From the NCBI GenBank assembly GCA_002633005.1, contig NMRA01000005.1, positions 537,913 to 601,912 on the forward strand: a stretch of 64,000 nucleotides of DNA, written 5' to 3'. The translations under genes were made by a program, and so were the position numbers. Positions 11,082 to 23,600 of this stretch are shown in pieces. The DNA comes from Phoronis australis (lineage: Eukaryota > Animalia > Phoronida). Within the stretch, counting starts at the first letter, position 1, and the number at the start of each line of letters is the position of its first letter. A model generated the notes under the pieces. That model was given only the letters and a program-made list of their open reading frames with translations. It had not been told where the DNA came from and did no database searches.

Positions 11082-14000
11082 TCTTCCATGCGTGTTTCTC
11101 CCGAGAGGTTAGTACCTAACGTGCAGACGAGCACTCCAAATTGGAACGCTAAGTCCCGCGTGGCTGCACTGCACGCGAAAAAAGATGGCGGACGACCTTT
11201 GGAGCCTGACGACGATAGGTATCCGGACTATACTGTGTGATTTATGTTGAATTATTCAACGGTTCTTTTAAGAACCATTTCACCCGGCCCTTTTAAGGGC
11301 CACTGAACACTTCCCAGAAGAACTGCTCACTTGAGAATGTTGATTTATAAACATACTTTCGTAGTTTTCTCAGTAGGCCTATGTGAACCATAAATCAAAA
11401 ACTGTGCTGCTATTGGCAAGCAGACGACATAATCAGTCGGCACCGAAGTTTCAATTTTGCAATTAATTACCAGTAGTATTGCCAAAAGTACTCACAATAC
11501 AAACACTTCTACTATTGAAAGACTTTGAAAAGCGTTTCAATGCCGAAATTAATATTTTTTTGTTGTTTTGGACAGTAAAGTAGATGCAAATTTTTCTCGT
11601 CAAAATACACTAACCGGAAACTGTACCAGTAAGGTCACGAGAGTTCAGCTAGCACATAAGAAAATGCCGGAGTTGCGAATCTGTTGTCTATAATCTATGA
11701 TTAACCGTACAAGGAATATAGCCTTTTTTCCACGATACTCAAAGTACAACTAGGGATTAGGCAACAGAGATGACTATCAGTGATTACGATAGCACAATGG
11801 GGAAGTCTACTTATCTTAATTTCTTTGCACCCTCTAAGAATGTTGGTGAAATGGTAGAATAGGGGAGAGGGTAATGGGTACTCGGGTACCGTTAGGAAAA
11901 ATTACGTCTTTGCATTCGGTTGATAACTGACAACTGTCAATATGATTTCAGTTGGTTTGCGACACCTTTGCTAGGCCATGCGAAAACAACAGGGATTGCG
12001 GTTCGAATGAATGCTGTTTACAACGTATGGAAGGGTATGTTCTTTGTTGATTAACTTCCTGGCCCTATTGCCGCTCATTCTCGTCCACGTGACACGAGTA
12101 GGATGAGCATTCTGGCAATTTCTGATGTTCGTACTGCTAGCTGTTGCAGTTGAAGCGATGGTGTTTGTTATAAACCATGGTGTTGGTGTCATCTTGGTAT
12201 AGTCTTCAAACACGTCATATGACGATCACATCACGCACTCTATAATTGAATCGAAATGATCTCTGTCCTGATCACGGTTTGAACCGGGGACCTTTTGCTC
12301 ACGATGCACAAATATGCACTTTCAAATTTGGGTAAGTTGTATGGATTTCGGTAATCAATTGGTGGTGCCGATAGCGCAGTGGACTAGAACCTCTGCACGG
12401 TTAACAGAAAGTCCCTTTGTCGGTAGCGACCTTGTTGTCATTTGCAGTTCGGACTCTGCATGCAGTCGCGTCGGCGTCAGCAACTCATTGGCTCTGACTC
12501 CGACGCCACCTCGTTGTTGTCTTGTAGTCGCATCGGCGACAGTGTTATTGAATTGCTGACGGTATCGTCGCTGGTGTTGTCAAAGCCCGGCAGCGAGATC
12601 GGCGATGTCTTGGTCACCCTTACAGTCATGAGCGCCGTCGTCGTATTCTCTCGTCTTATCTTCAGTTCTATGTTATTCATTCGGTTTCGTCAAGTGTTGC
12701 TCCTCAAAGCGCTTTCATTTTTTTGTTTGTTTGTTTGTTTGTACGCACGTTACGTGCAGCATTTTTCGACTCAGTAATCAAGATGAAATACATACTGCAT
12801 ATATCTTGAGGTGTGTTGTTTGTAGGCGAAATCGGACTAATGAGGGCGCCTCCTGGACCATTCTTCAAAATTGATTTCAGCTCGCTGATGTCGTCTGAGT
12901 GTTGCTGTCGTCGTCGACCATATGTTGTCATCGTCTTCGGCCAGTGTAGGCGGCAACCTAGTTGTTCTTGATTGTATTGGCCCCTTGCAGTCGCAGCGAC
13001 GTCTTTGTCATTGCGTTGCTGACGGCTTCGTCATCGGCGATGTCATTGGTGTCCTGGGCGTCGTCTTCGTGGGTGTTCTTGCATTCGTCGTCGACCTCAG
13101 TCGGTTCCAAAGTTCTTTATTCCATTCCGCCACTAGGTGTCGCTTGCCAGAGCGCTTTCATTTTTCACTGTAATAACGTGCTGCTGTAACACCGCCTATA
13201 CTGTGCGATGTACGAAGGTTTCCTCCGAAAGCATTACTTCTGCAGATGAAGCGCGTTTCAGATATTACGAATGAAAGGTGAACTGGCAAATGTACAAATA
13301 CTGACATGAAAATCATGTGCTAATCCATAATTTGTTCTGGTCTGTGTTTGTTTTTTGAACTTGGTGAGATGATGCTTATTTCAGCTGTCCGTAGTCTAAA
13401 TGTTTCTTTTCCCCCTGTCACGTGATGCCAGCTGAAATATAGGTCTGGATCCTTATATCTTATCCCAGAGTCGCGTGATGCCGCTGTGAGGCGCAGGTTT
13501 CAAAATAAGTCAGTGACAGGTGAGAACTGAACTAAGCTATTTTTGCCTTGTAATAAATTCAGGAAAACCATACCAATGACAGTTTAAACAAATCATGACA
13601 TTCCGTTACAGAAAGAAACTTTTGAAGACATGTCAACCAAGAGCTCGCCAATCGCAGAGATGTACACCCAAGCCCAAGTATCACGGGATACCTGGAAGGC
13701 AGGATTACTTCTACAGCCACTGTCCATGTGAACACGAGGCGATGGTGTGCCGGTTCCCTGGCACATTCCACTCGCTGACCTCTGACGTCGAGACACAAGA
13801 TTATTACTTTTACTCGTCTTTGATGGGTCCGCAAGATGTCCATCAAGTTATGGACAAGTTACACGGCAGATGTCTGGTAGCAGCGGGAGAGAAGAAACAC
13901 GCGTCACAGTCATTTTTAAAATATCCAGCACAAATTATTGAAGAATGAATTTGTGAATGTGTGATTATCTGAAATGTCTGTTCAAAACACGGGCTGGAAT

Positions 14001-16598
14001 ACGCTTTAGTTTGTTGTGAAGTGAACTCGTTTACAGACTAGGCGTAGAGCAATATGCGCTGAACAAACAAACTCTTGACAGGTGTTCACAATACGCCTGA
14101 CTCTATAATTATTGTGAATACCCGCAATTTAATCATTTTGTATTTATTAGTCTAGCCAACGCTATGCTCACTGCTCAAGGTACATTGCAGCCCCCTGCAA
14201 GTGATTGCACCATGTCACAACGACAAGGACCGACCAGTTTGTGCAATAATCGCATAAGGCCAAAAAGCAAAAGCCGATTCTGGTTTTTAACCTGACTTAT
14301 TTTGAGACCTACGCTCACCAACTAAAATTAGACGTTTGCTCGTTTCAGTTTCAACCAAAATTTTGTTTTTTTTTTCTGAAATGCTGTAAAGAAGAACGTG
14401 GACAAGAAGCAGGTTTGCCAAACGATGAGCCTTTCTCGTCTCGGTGGACTTTACTTTTTGAAAAATATGAGCAACTTAAAACATATCGCTCCACCGATAA
14501 GATGTTCAAAAACGAGAAACATGCGTTCGGTTTTACAAAAGTTACTGAAGATAAAGACGTGGTCTTACAATCCCACGTCACAATTCCTGAAAAAAAGGTT
14601 TAGCGAAGTAGTTATGAGCGCATCACAATCCAGAAATAATTAATAGAAAATTTTCAGTAATTAGTAGTTACCTGTTTATTCTCAGACACTTTGCACTTTT
14701 GCCCAAGTGAGATTCAATATTTTTTAGAAATAGTAGTTTTGAGCGTAGATCAAATTTTTAATTCAACTCTTAAGTCACTTTTCAGACCCCACAACCAATT
14801 AAAAGGATATTATACCCTGTTTTGATGATTTCCACCAACGTTCGATCTGTCATCAGCTAATGCATAATTGGCGCCAGTCGCAAAGTTAAAGGCAGGAATC
14901 GACTAAAAAGTCATGCTCATTACGTCACAGATTGGACATTATGGTCCTTGGTGAGTGGTCGTTTCCCACAGTTGCCGTGTAATTCGCTAAAAGCGTAGGT
15001 GACGCTTGCCCGTTCAGCAGACTTAGAAGGGAATCTTCAAAATGTTCTCCATTTTTTCAGGGTTATCGAGCGTTACAGAGCATTATTTTTTGAGAGCAGG
15101 GTGAGGAAGTCGTTTTTAGTATCTGTTAATAACCCGAGACCGGGTTTGGTATCATTTTAAGCTTCTTATTAAATCAGTTACGTTTGCAGGTAAATTTATG
15201 GGTAAGTCCACGCTACTTATCAGCGAAATATGCGAATATGCGCAAAGTGTATTTTTGACTTGTTCCAGATAAATATATTTACATGTCGCAAATTATTCTC
15301 CCAAATATTCTTTTATCACAGATTAGTACTAACAATTTGGGCATGCAATGGCTCGACATGTATTTTTGAATAATTGTACCAGGACTCATGATCTGCTGGC
15401 TTCGGTGTCATCTGAAATGCTCGGAAGCAGAGTCAAAATACGATAAAAATACTCATTACCCATTCAGTTAAAACATCATTGCCCCGAAACAACGGATTCG
15501 CCCATGTCCACAAAGAGAACACGGTAATGTTGACGTACGCGGTAAATGTCCACTACCCGGAAGACAAATCACAGACATACATTCTCGTCTCGCATTGCGT
15601 GAAACGTTTACACTTTGCATTAGTACATCCTTTCTTTGACAGCGCCGTTTTCTGTGGTTGCTGTTTTTCGTGCAGCCTGTAAGCCTGCCAGGTCACAGGC
15701 GAACAGTCAGGGCTCCATAAAAGTTCAAGTCATTTTAATAAGAACACAGAGTCGAGAACTACTTTTTGAGTTGCCATGGACGTCTTTGGCGGAATAAAAG
15801 AAGAAAACTATAATTTAAGCACGCATTCCATTTCCTTTCAGTTTTTATAGACTACAAACAAGTAAATATGTGCCGAACACTGGCAAAAATTGTAGTACAG
15901 CACTCCGCTAAGCACATATTTCGTAATAGTACATCATGCTCTCAATTTCCTTGTAATATTTATAGACTGTAAACGATGAAATAAATACCGTACACATAAA
16001 AAACAGACGAATTGGTTCCAGTCTTGAAACAGGGTAGAAGCCGATTTGTTGTGAGTTTAAAACCTTCTTCGAGTGAATTTTTCATGTCATAGTCGTAGCA
16101 ATCCTTTAGTGAAAGAAGAAAACGCGATTTAAACTTAAACACTGAAACGTAGGCACGTCAGTATGTAAATTATCTTTTCGATATCAGTTAAGTCACCGCC
16201 CAAAACGGCAAAGAACGACCAGATGTAGTTTTGAGCATTCGCTGGTACTCTTGGTATAAGAACAAATCTGCTGCGGTAACCAGACCATACTATAGATTGC
16301 CGCCACGATTTGGGCGCCCTTTCAAAATTATCCCTGACGTGGTCTGGCACTAAATTTACGTGTGTTGCCGTTCGAAGAAGGTTTCAAAACGGTGTTTATC
16401 ATTTTACTGAGGGCCATATTGATTTTGTGAGCTATAGCTCTGCTTCGCCCAGTCCATAAATGCTGTGCAGTACCTACGACCATTTCTGCTAGCATTACGG
16501 CCCTACGTATATAGTGGCTGTCTGCCGTCTTTTCAAACATTCTCTTGCTCTTCATTACCTCATTCATTTGAAGCCACTCTAATAAATTAGTATCACAG

Positions 16599-17941
16599 TT
16601 AATCATTTCTATCACATTCAGGTGTTTCTTTGTATGGCGGAGGTCGCACCATCTCTTGGCCCTTTGTTTTTTCATCTGTTGACGTGTTTGCGCAGAAGGT
16701 GGTCTCCAATGAAGGTTTGTCACTGAGGGGGTGGACAGTAGAGGTCGCACCGATGGCAAACACTGACAACTTGCACGTTCCCTTTGTGTCAGGGTTTTGC
16801 GCCTTCTGTCTCCCAGTAAGACTCAATAACACAGGCAGAACAACAAGGCCGTGGAAGGCTGATATTACAATAACTAAAAATATTATCTTGAAAAATGTCC
16901 TGATGGTATAGGCGGACGCAAACGCTAAAGGCACGATCCCCAGGATCGTGGAAAGTCCGCCTTGCATTATGGGATATCCCAAGTAACCGAGCGCATCACT
17001 GACCCGCTGTGACGGCTCTTCGTTCTTGCTAACAGAATACACGTACGTAATGTGAGCACAGAAGTCGACACAGAACCCAATACACATAATCAGATTGATC
17101 ATGGCAATTGAGTCAAAGTCCACTCCCCAGAGAGTCATGTATCCTACAACGCCGGTGCAGATACTACAAATGGATAGGAAGACCCAGACCACACATGCTG
17201 GGTTGGGGATGAGCAACAGAGACACGAGAAGCATACTGCCCGTGGCGATGGCAATGTTCTGCATGGTGTTCTTAACCACGGTCACGTACTGGTCGTAAAA
17301 CAAGAAAACGGGGTTGTATACAGTCACTTGCATGTGGGAACCCTCAGCAATGTCCCTTGCGGTTATCATCATGTCTCGCTGCAATTCTGCGTTGTACATA
17401 CCAACAGCACGTACAAAAAATCGGCAGGCTGTAATCGTGTTATTTTCGACAACAATGTCTTTGGAATGTTCCTGAAAAGCTGGCTCGTTTAAAAATCTGT
17501 TTAGTAAAGTGTGCATGTCTCGTGACAGATTGTACCGGTCCGTATAAATCTCGAAGTCACGGAGCCATGATACAGTTTCGTTTTCCTCACCAAAAAAAAT
17601 ATTGTCTGTGAACTTTTTGAGCAAGCGTTTCACACCATCAACGTCAGCTTCAGCTTGGATGTCCAGATTCCCCTTGATGACGACCGATACCGCAGGACCA
17701 TAGTCCTGGAAGAACTCGGCCTCCTGGTCGTAAAATTTAACAGCATAAGAACCATCTTGCGCCAAGTTCTTCATTTTAATGCCCTCCTGCGCACCGACGC
17801 AACTGTGTATGGCCACAGCGAGATACGCGATGAAGACAGCTATGACAACAATTTTAGCGACGGGTTTCGTAATGACTGGGCCATACTTCATTCTAAAGAA
17901 TGCCATTACACCATGTTGATGGTCACGAGATGACTGTGTGT
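16599..17941 (-). CDS. PTCHD3: PTCHD3-like coding exon 3 (second RND half and C-tail)
   Basis: Acceptor tatttccag before 17941; TM7-TM12; stop at 16599. Confidence 0.9.
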
Positions 17942-20630
17942 CTGGAAATAAACGCATAATTTATTTATCTGCTGATCACATACAAGTAAAAAAAGTTTCA
18001 CTTTCGAATCTTTGAGCTTTCGTACCACGGATAACGAACCGCTTTGGTGTCTATAGGTTGCTTAAACCAACAAATAAAGTGTTTAAGTTGTACATACACA
18101 GTATTCAAAACAGAAAAACGAGCGACAAGAACACGTGACACTATAGGCGTTGTCACCTCTTGTAGCCTATAGTTCTTTTTTATAGTTCTTGTTCTAGTTT
18201 CACTGATATTAATGAAGATAAAACTCCTTAATTTTTCCTACAGACCTACGTGATGATATGACAGTATAAGCATCTATAAAATGGGTTAATAACCTTTAAT
18301 TTCACCTGCTGCCTTTAGCGAAAAACTTTATTTATCAACACGTGCATTCAGGTAGTCACGTGGGATCTATGTTTCCCAAACCCCATTCAAGGGCGCGTCA
18401 ATGACGGTGGTGTGGTACGAGAGACTTTGCGGCAACAAACATTAGGCTTTACACAACGAAAATAGTGAGTGTTGTCGGTGTTAAACATTTTTTCTTCAAT
18501 AATTCAGCCGACACGATGCAGTGGCGGTCAATTTTCTTGTGCGCAAAACGCATTTTTGTCGAGAACCTGCATTGAAAAATCAGGGATTGGGCCTGAGTGC
18601 ACCTAACTCATATAATAGTAAACGTTCTTGAGACCTCCCTGGTGAACAACGTTCATTAGTTGTCAATATGTTTCGATGAAAATATGTCCATTTTCATTAG
18701 CACCACCTAGTGTGTATTGAAAGTCTCATTAAGGGAAATATGACTGCGTTTCCTCTTTATAGGTGGCGTTTTTATAAAAATGAAACTTTGACATTTGCAA
18801 CGATTGTACCGTTGTCTGATTTGCTCACAGTGCGGCACTGTTCTGATGGCGGTTTTTGGTGCATCCTGAGTATGGTTGAAACCCCCTGAACTTCTTAGTA
18901 GGTCCGTCGCTAATTTATTGAATCCCAGAAAACTTAACTACACTTACCGCATTTCTCAGCCATACGCATGCAGAATATCAAACAATGCCTGCTCTGTTCT
19001 TCACGCTTGCCAGTGAGCGCCATCACGGCGCCGAAGAAAGTGATTTGAAAAATGAAGTCGAACAAAACAGCAACACCCGTGTAGAGACAGAATGTTCTCA
19101 CTGATGGGTAGAACGTAACAGACCCAACGGCGAAGGCTAAACCGTCCGTCAAACTTGTGATCAGTACAGATAGTCCCGCCTCTGAAAATGTCACACCCGT
19201 CCGTTCGACATAACCGCTTTTGACGTCGGTGAGTCGCCACGAGGCCAGCATGACGAACATTCCATCAACGCCAATGGCTGCAAAGAAAGACAGATATGTT
19301 GAACATTCTGGAGATATTGGTGCAGATATTGTATACTAGTCTTACTTTTCGAAATAAAGTTGTCTAAAACATCTTTACTACTATAGTCACAATGGCACAG
19401 TGTCACTTGATTATTTAAAGTGTTATCTACAGGCAGAGAAAGTAACTAGCTTCGCTTTGTGGTGTTCCGACGGCCACAAAACCTAAAGGCTTTCTAGCCA
19501 TAGTGAAACCTATAGATGAACATATTGCGTGATGTCAATCCAAGTAATTTAAGGCTCATCCCCCGTTCAGTCGAATTCTTACCCAGTATCAGGAAGGGCG
19601 TAGTGGCGACAATTTCAATGAAGTCGATTCCAATGTAGCTAAGTAGTCCAAAGGTTGAAATGACGGCCAGGCCAGCTGACAGCACTCCGGTAAGACCGAG
19701 CAAAGGTTTACTGGTCACCCAATTCATCATCATACAACTTAGAATCGAAAACAAAATGAGAACCGTAAAAGTTATCACGAACAGAGGTATCACACTTAAC
19801 GTTGTATCCACGACAGACTCTTCCAGAGTCTCGGACGTTATGAGTGAAATGTTGATTTTTGGATATGAATTTGCCAACAATTCTGTGGCTGTCTGTGCTA
19901 TCCACTTTGCGCTCTGTTTCTTGGTTTCCTCTGTGTCGTCCCGGAAGTAATATACAAGCTGCATAGCACGTGCTGACAATACATGAGACTCATTTCCAAG
20001 AGTCACACCTCCAAGCGACGAACCAATGAAAACGTTCATTTTATGTTCTTTAATGTGCGGTATGCTTGCTGGTGATACTGTCCGAAGATCGACGTTTATT
20101 TCTGATAATGGGTAAGTCAGGTCAAGAGACGACACAGAAATATTCAAACCAGTTGTTAAAGACAGTAAGAGGTTGTTGTTTGCACATTCGTCGTTCAGAA
20201 TTCTAGCACAGACATCGGCGTAGGTAATGTTATCATAATTTTGCCGTAAGAGGCCGCCATTCATGTCCTTATCTAACTGAACAATGTCGTCATATATGTC
20301 GTCGTGCAGCACTGAACCGCCTCCTCTCGCTGTGACAATAACGCGAATGTACTTTCCAGAATTAGTTGCCCGCATGGCATCGAATTCGTGGGAGGAATTC
20401 TGTGGAAACAGCTCAACAACATTATTCCTTTCCGTTTTGGCTCTTCCGTTCTCCGGGGTGTACAAATATTCTAAATCGGTGTTAATGGAGAGTTTGTAGA
20501 ATCCAGACGCGAGTATTCCAGCTCCAACCAGTGGAAGTATCAGGAATACAAACGGATGCCTAGCAACGAACTTCCCGTAATGATAGAAGAGCCGACTCAA
20601 AGGCCTCTCTATGCAGTCCAGCCGCACCAT
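16599..20630 (-). CDS. PTCHD3: Patched domain-containing protein 3-like (patched-related RND/sterol-sensing membrane protein), 906 aa; complement(join(16599..17941,18948..19277,19583..20630))
   Basis: Three ORF blocks join in frame through GT-AG introns (both phase 1; 1048+330+1343=2721 nt). N-terminal YGKFVARHPFVFLILP, SSD PFLILAIGVDGMFVML...ITSLTD, second half IGFCVDFCAHI, TFFKIIFLVIVISAFHGLVVLPVLL. The symbol is a family-level call. Confidence 0.9.
18948..19277 (-). CDS. PTCHD3: PTCHD3-like coding exon 2 (SSD TM4-TM6)
   Basis: Acceptor tctttctttgcag; reads (A)IGVDGMFVMLASW...GLSVLITSLTDGLAFAVG; donor G|GTAAG at 18948. Confidence 0.9.
19583..20630 (-). CDS. PTCHD3: PTCHD3-like coding exon 1 (TM1, large ectodomain, start of SSD)
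   Basis: ATG at 20630 lies 7 nt after a tttcag acceptor (exon starts at 20637). Donor G|GTAAG at 19583/19582. Confidence 0.9.
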
Positions 20631-23600
20631 CGTTGAGCTGAAACGATAAAGAACGACATCAATAAATAGGTTTACGTTGTTGAATACGTCCCAGCAAGTT
20701 GAGTGCTGTAAACTGCTACCATGGTAACTTGATTTGGCTGCTACAGAAAGTTTGTACCAGTAAAAACACTAAACACTGGTGTTTGAGTAATGAGGCACTT
20801 GCGGCTAGAAACTTGCGCTGCGTTCCGTAGACCCAAGAATCCCACGGAAGATAACGTAAAATTATTTTTAAGGGTGACACTACACTCCTTGGTGACAGTC
20901 TACAACTCCTCTACTTACTACTAAATTACATCTATTGCGTTTGTATTTGTGTCATTTGCATTTTCGTTAAAATATACTATTTAGTATACACCTTGATGAC
21001 GGCTTTTATCATTTGCAATTGAGGTTGGAACAGCAGTTTAAAAGCATAAAATAAATCTGTTTAAGGATAATTATGTAGAACCCTACTATAATGTCAAATT
21101 TGGTCAAATTCAGGATATTATACCTGAAAGATGGATGATCGGATACATATAAAACTTTTAGATACTATGTTTTATGATCTGCTCTCCACAAAACTGTGAG
21201 AAATTGTTTTTACAATTCCATTAAGAATTGTAAAAACAATTTCACACAGTAAAAAAGTACGAGGTGCTACAAAAAATTGGACTTTTATGATTTGCATAAA
21301 ACGTAAATGTACTGTAACAGTGTTTTTGAAATTTCATGTTCAGCATTTAACTAAACAAAATGTGACCGTATAGATAGTGTGGTTTTGCTGCCGTTGTAGC
21401 TTCCCTTTTGAGAAAATGCCACTGTAAAGACATAGTCACGTAACCCAATTAATAGCAGATTGGTAAACAGTCAAAAACCAAATTTCATATCCTTTCTACT
21501 TTCAGAAAACAAATTTACAGTTTTTAGATATTTGGCTTAATACAAAGAGATGACGATATGGTCCTACAAAACCTCAGTTTGCTGCTCGGTATGCAATTCT
21601 AAGAAACTACAACATGAATCGTTGTTACAGGAAATTACATATATTCATAATCACTGAAATTTAAATGAAATAAGTTCGGGAAACAAATGAACTTATCGCT
21701 GTGTCGAAAGACAGCAATTAGAGCACACAAAAACGACATCATTGAATGCTATTAACATAGCAAATTAAACTGGAGAAAACCGGGGCAAGGTTCGGCTAGC
21801 ATTTAATACTCCACTTAACAAGTAGATTTGTGCATTGTGAACAAAAATTCATGATTCTTATTAATATTAAAGACCATCTTTAAAAGTTCTGGATGCAAGC
21901 TAGGTACATGTATAAATTCGCACATGAGCAGGAGAACCTGGAAATGATAAGGCTGTCCTTAGAGCATTGTTTGGTTACGCTAGCCCTACCCGTTAACTCC
22001 TCTGACATCAGATCGGTCGCCAAAATATTTTGTTTTGTTAATTTTCACAGCAATCACCTTCGATTCCTTCTCAGAGTGTAAAATCAAGTTTTAGTTGCGC
22101 AGCATTTTACTGTATGTCACATGAGAATAAATAGAGTTACCAGTCAGTGGACCTTGCGCTGTAGAACATTTTGTGGGCACTTTCACCTGACAATTTTCTT
22201 TTTTACTGAGTAAATAAATGAAGCATTTCTAATTTATTATTGAGAAATATCCAGCTTTGAAGTACGGATTTTTATGTATTAAACTGGCACGTGTGTTGAA
22301 CAGTAGAGGGTGCTATAAACAAACACATCCATTCACAGACTGAGAAATACATATGCGTATCTTTCTATCTATCTATATATCTACCGCGGTTACGAAATTT
22401 TTGGCTGAGAGACACAAAAGTACCATTAAAATGCCCTAGCTGAGTTTCTTAAGTTGTCGATCTTAAATCTGCTCATGAAAAGGCAGATAATAAACATAAA
22501 TTAAAATAGGTGTTAAAATGCCGTTAAAATCTATCATGAATACCGACGTCCTTCTGTTTACTTTGGACACATAATAAAAATATGTTGGTATGCATAACAT
22601 GTACAGAGTATTTTTCTCATTTTTTTCACAAGTCTGGAAGAATAAAAAAAATCAGTCAAGTGAGGCCTGGAGTGGCGAACATTTATATATTAAGTTGTTT
22701 TTATTCACAAAAATAATGTCATGCTGAAAGTAAACCATTTGGGGAAGACGTAAGTTGTTTTGCATTCAAACTCATTTTGAACGAACTTTAACAAAAATGA
22801 AGCCAAAAGCGTAGAGTGAACCATAGACTATAGTACATGGACCGCCAACTATAATCTATGAGTGAACTTACTGCAAGCAGTGTAATTACACTTACAATCT
22901 TTTTGACCTGAATTAGCAAAACATGGTTTACGATTACAATCTGAATAACATAAAAGTACTGAGCGAAGGCGCACAACAGGTTAGGAGAATTGACTGTCCA
23001 CTACATCAGCATATACCCAACGTACGGACAACAGCGAAAAGGCACATTTTGGAGGTCTGCCAAATTCGGACACCACAAAAACCTTGGACCGCGATATGCG
23101 ACCAAGAAGGATTTTGTTCAATTGGAATTAATTTGAGTGTCAGAAAATGGGGCGACTTACCGAAATAAATTTTTATTGTTTGATTAGACTTCTGCAAAGG
23201 TTACGACAGTTATGACAAACTCTATATAATGAAATGTACGTGCATTGGCCTTTCTAAAAACACAAGCAAAGTTTTTCTGATGTACGTTTTCTAAAAAACG
23301 TTTAAAAACCACAATTCGTAATCAAGACAATTTTCAATTAATGAAAACATTTTGCCATGAAAACTGCTCGAGTATAAATAAATGAGAGGCATCAATCCTT
23401 TAGTTTTATTATGAAAAAATCCTCTTTTCCCCTCAATTTTATTTCATCGATGTGTTCTGTTGAAATTTTGTAACACGTGTAATTTAGGGGCACATATTAA
23501 TAACAGTGCAATAATTTGATAAATATGCTCAAAATTCAAGTTTTGGCTTCTTGTATGTCAAATACAAGTTTGTGCTTCGTGTTATTTATATTTTCACCGG

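Larger units (their letters stand above)
8414..11235 (+). repeat. Dispersed ~510-bp repeat (host), interrupted at 8788-11081
   Basis: 8414-8787 joined to 11091-11235 is the reverse complement of the uninterrupted copy at 39511-40025. Confidence 0.85.

Noticed and set aside
12266-12435. tRNA gene: B-box-like ggtccccggttcaaacc on minus (~12270-12292) and A-box-like tagcgcagtgg on plus (~12372)
   Set aside because: The two boxes are on opposite strands and I cannot fold a full cloverleaf. At most these are decayed tRNA-derived SINE fragments.
13595-13948. 117-aa ORF, faintly RRM-like at its end (VMDKLHGR)
   Set aside because: No RNP1/RNP2 motifs or supporting exon structure; it cannot be assigned.
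16328-17933. Overlapping and antisense ORFs (16328-16759, 16630-16911, 17095-17298, 17655-17933)
   Set aside because: Shadow frames of the PTCHD3-like exon, with no recognisable motifs.
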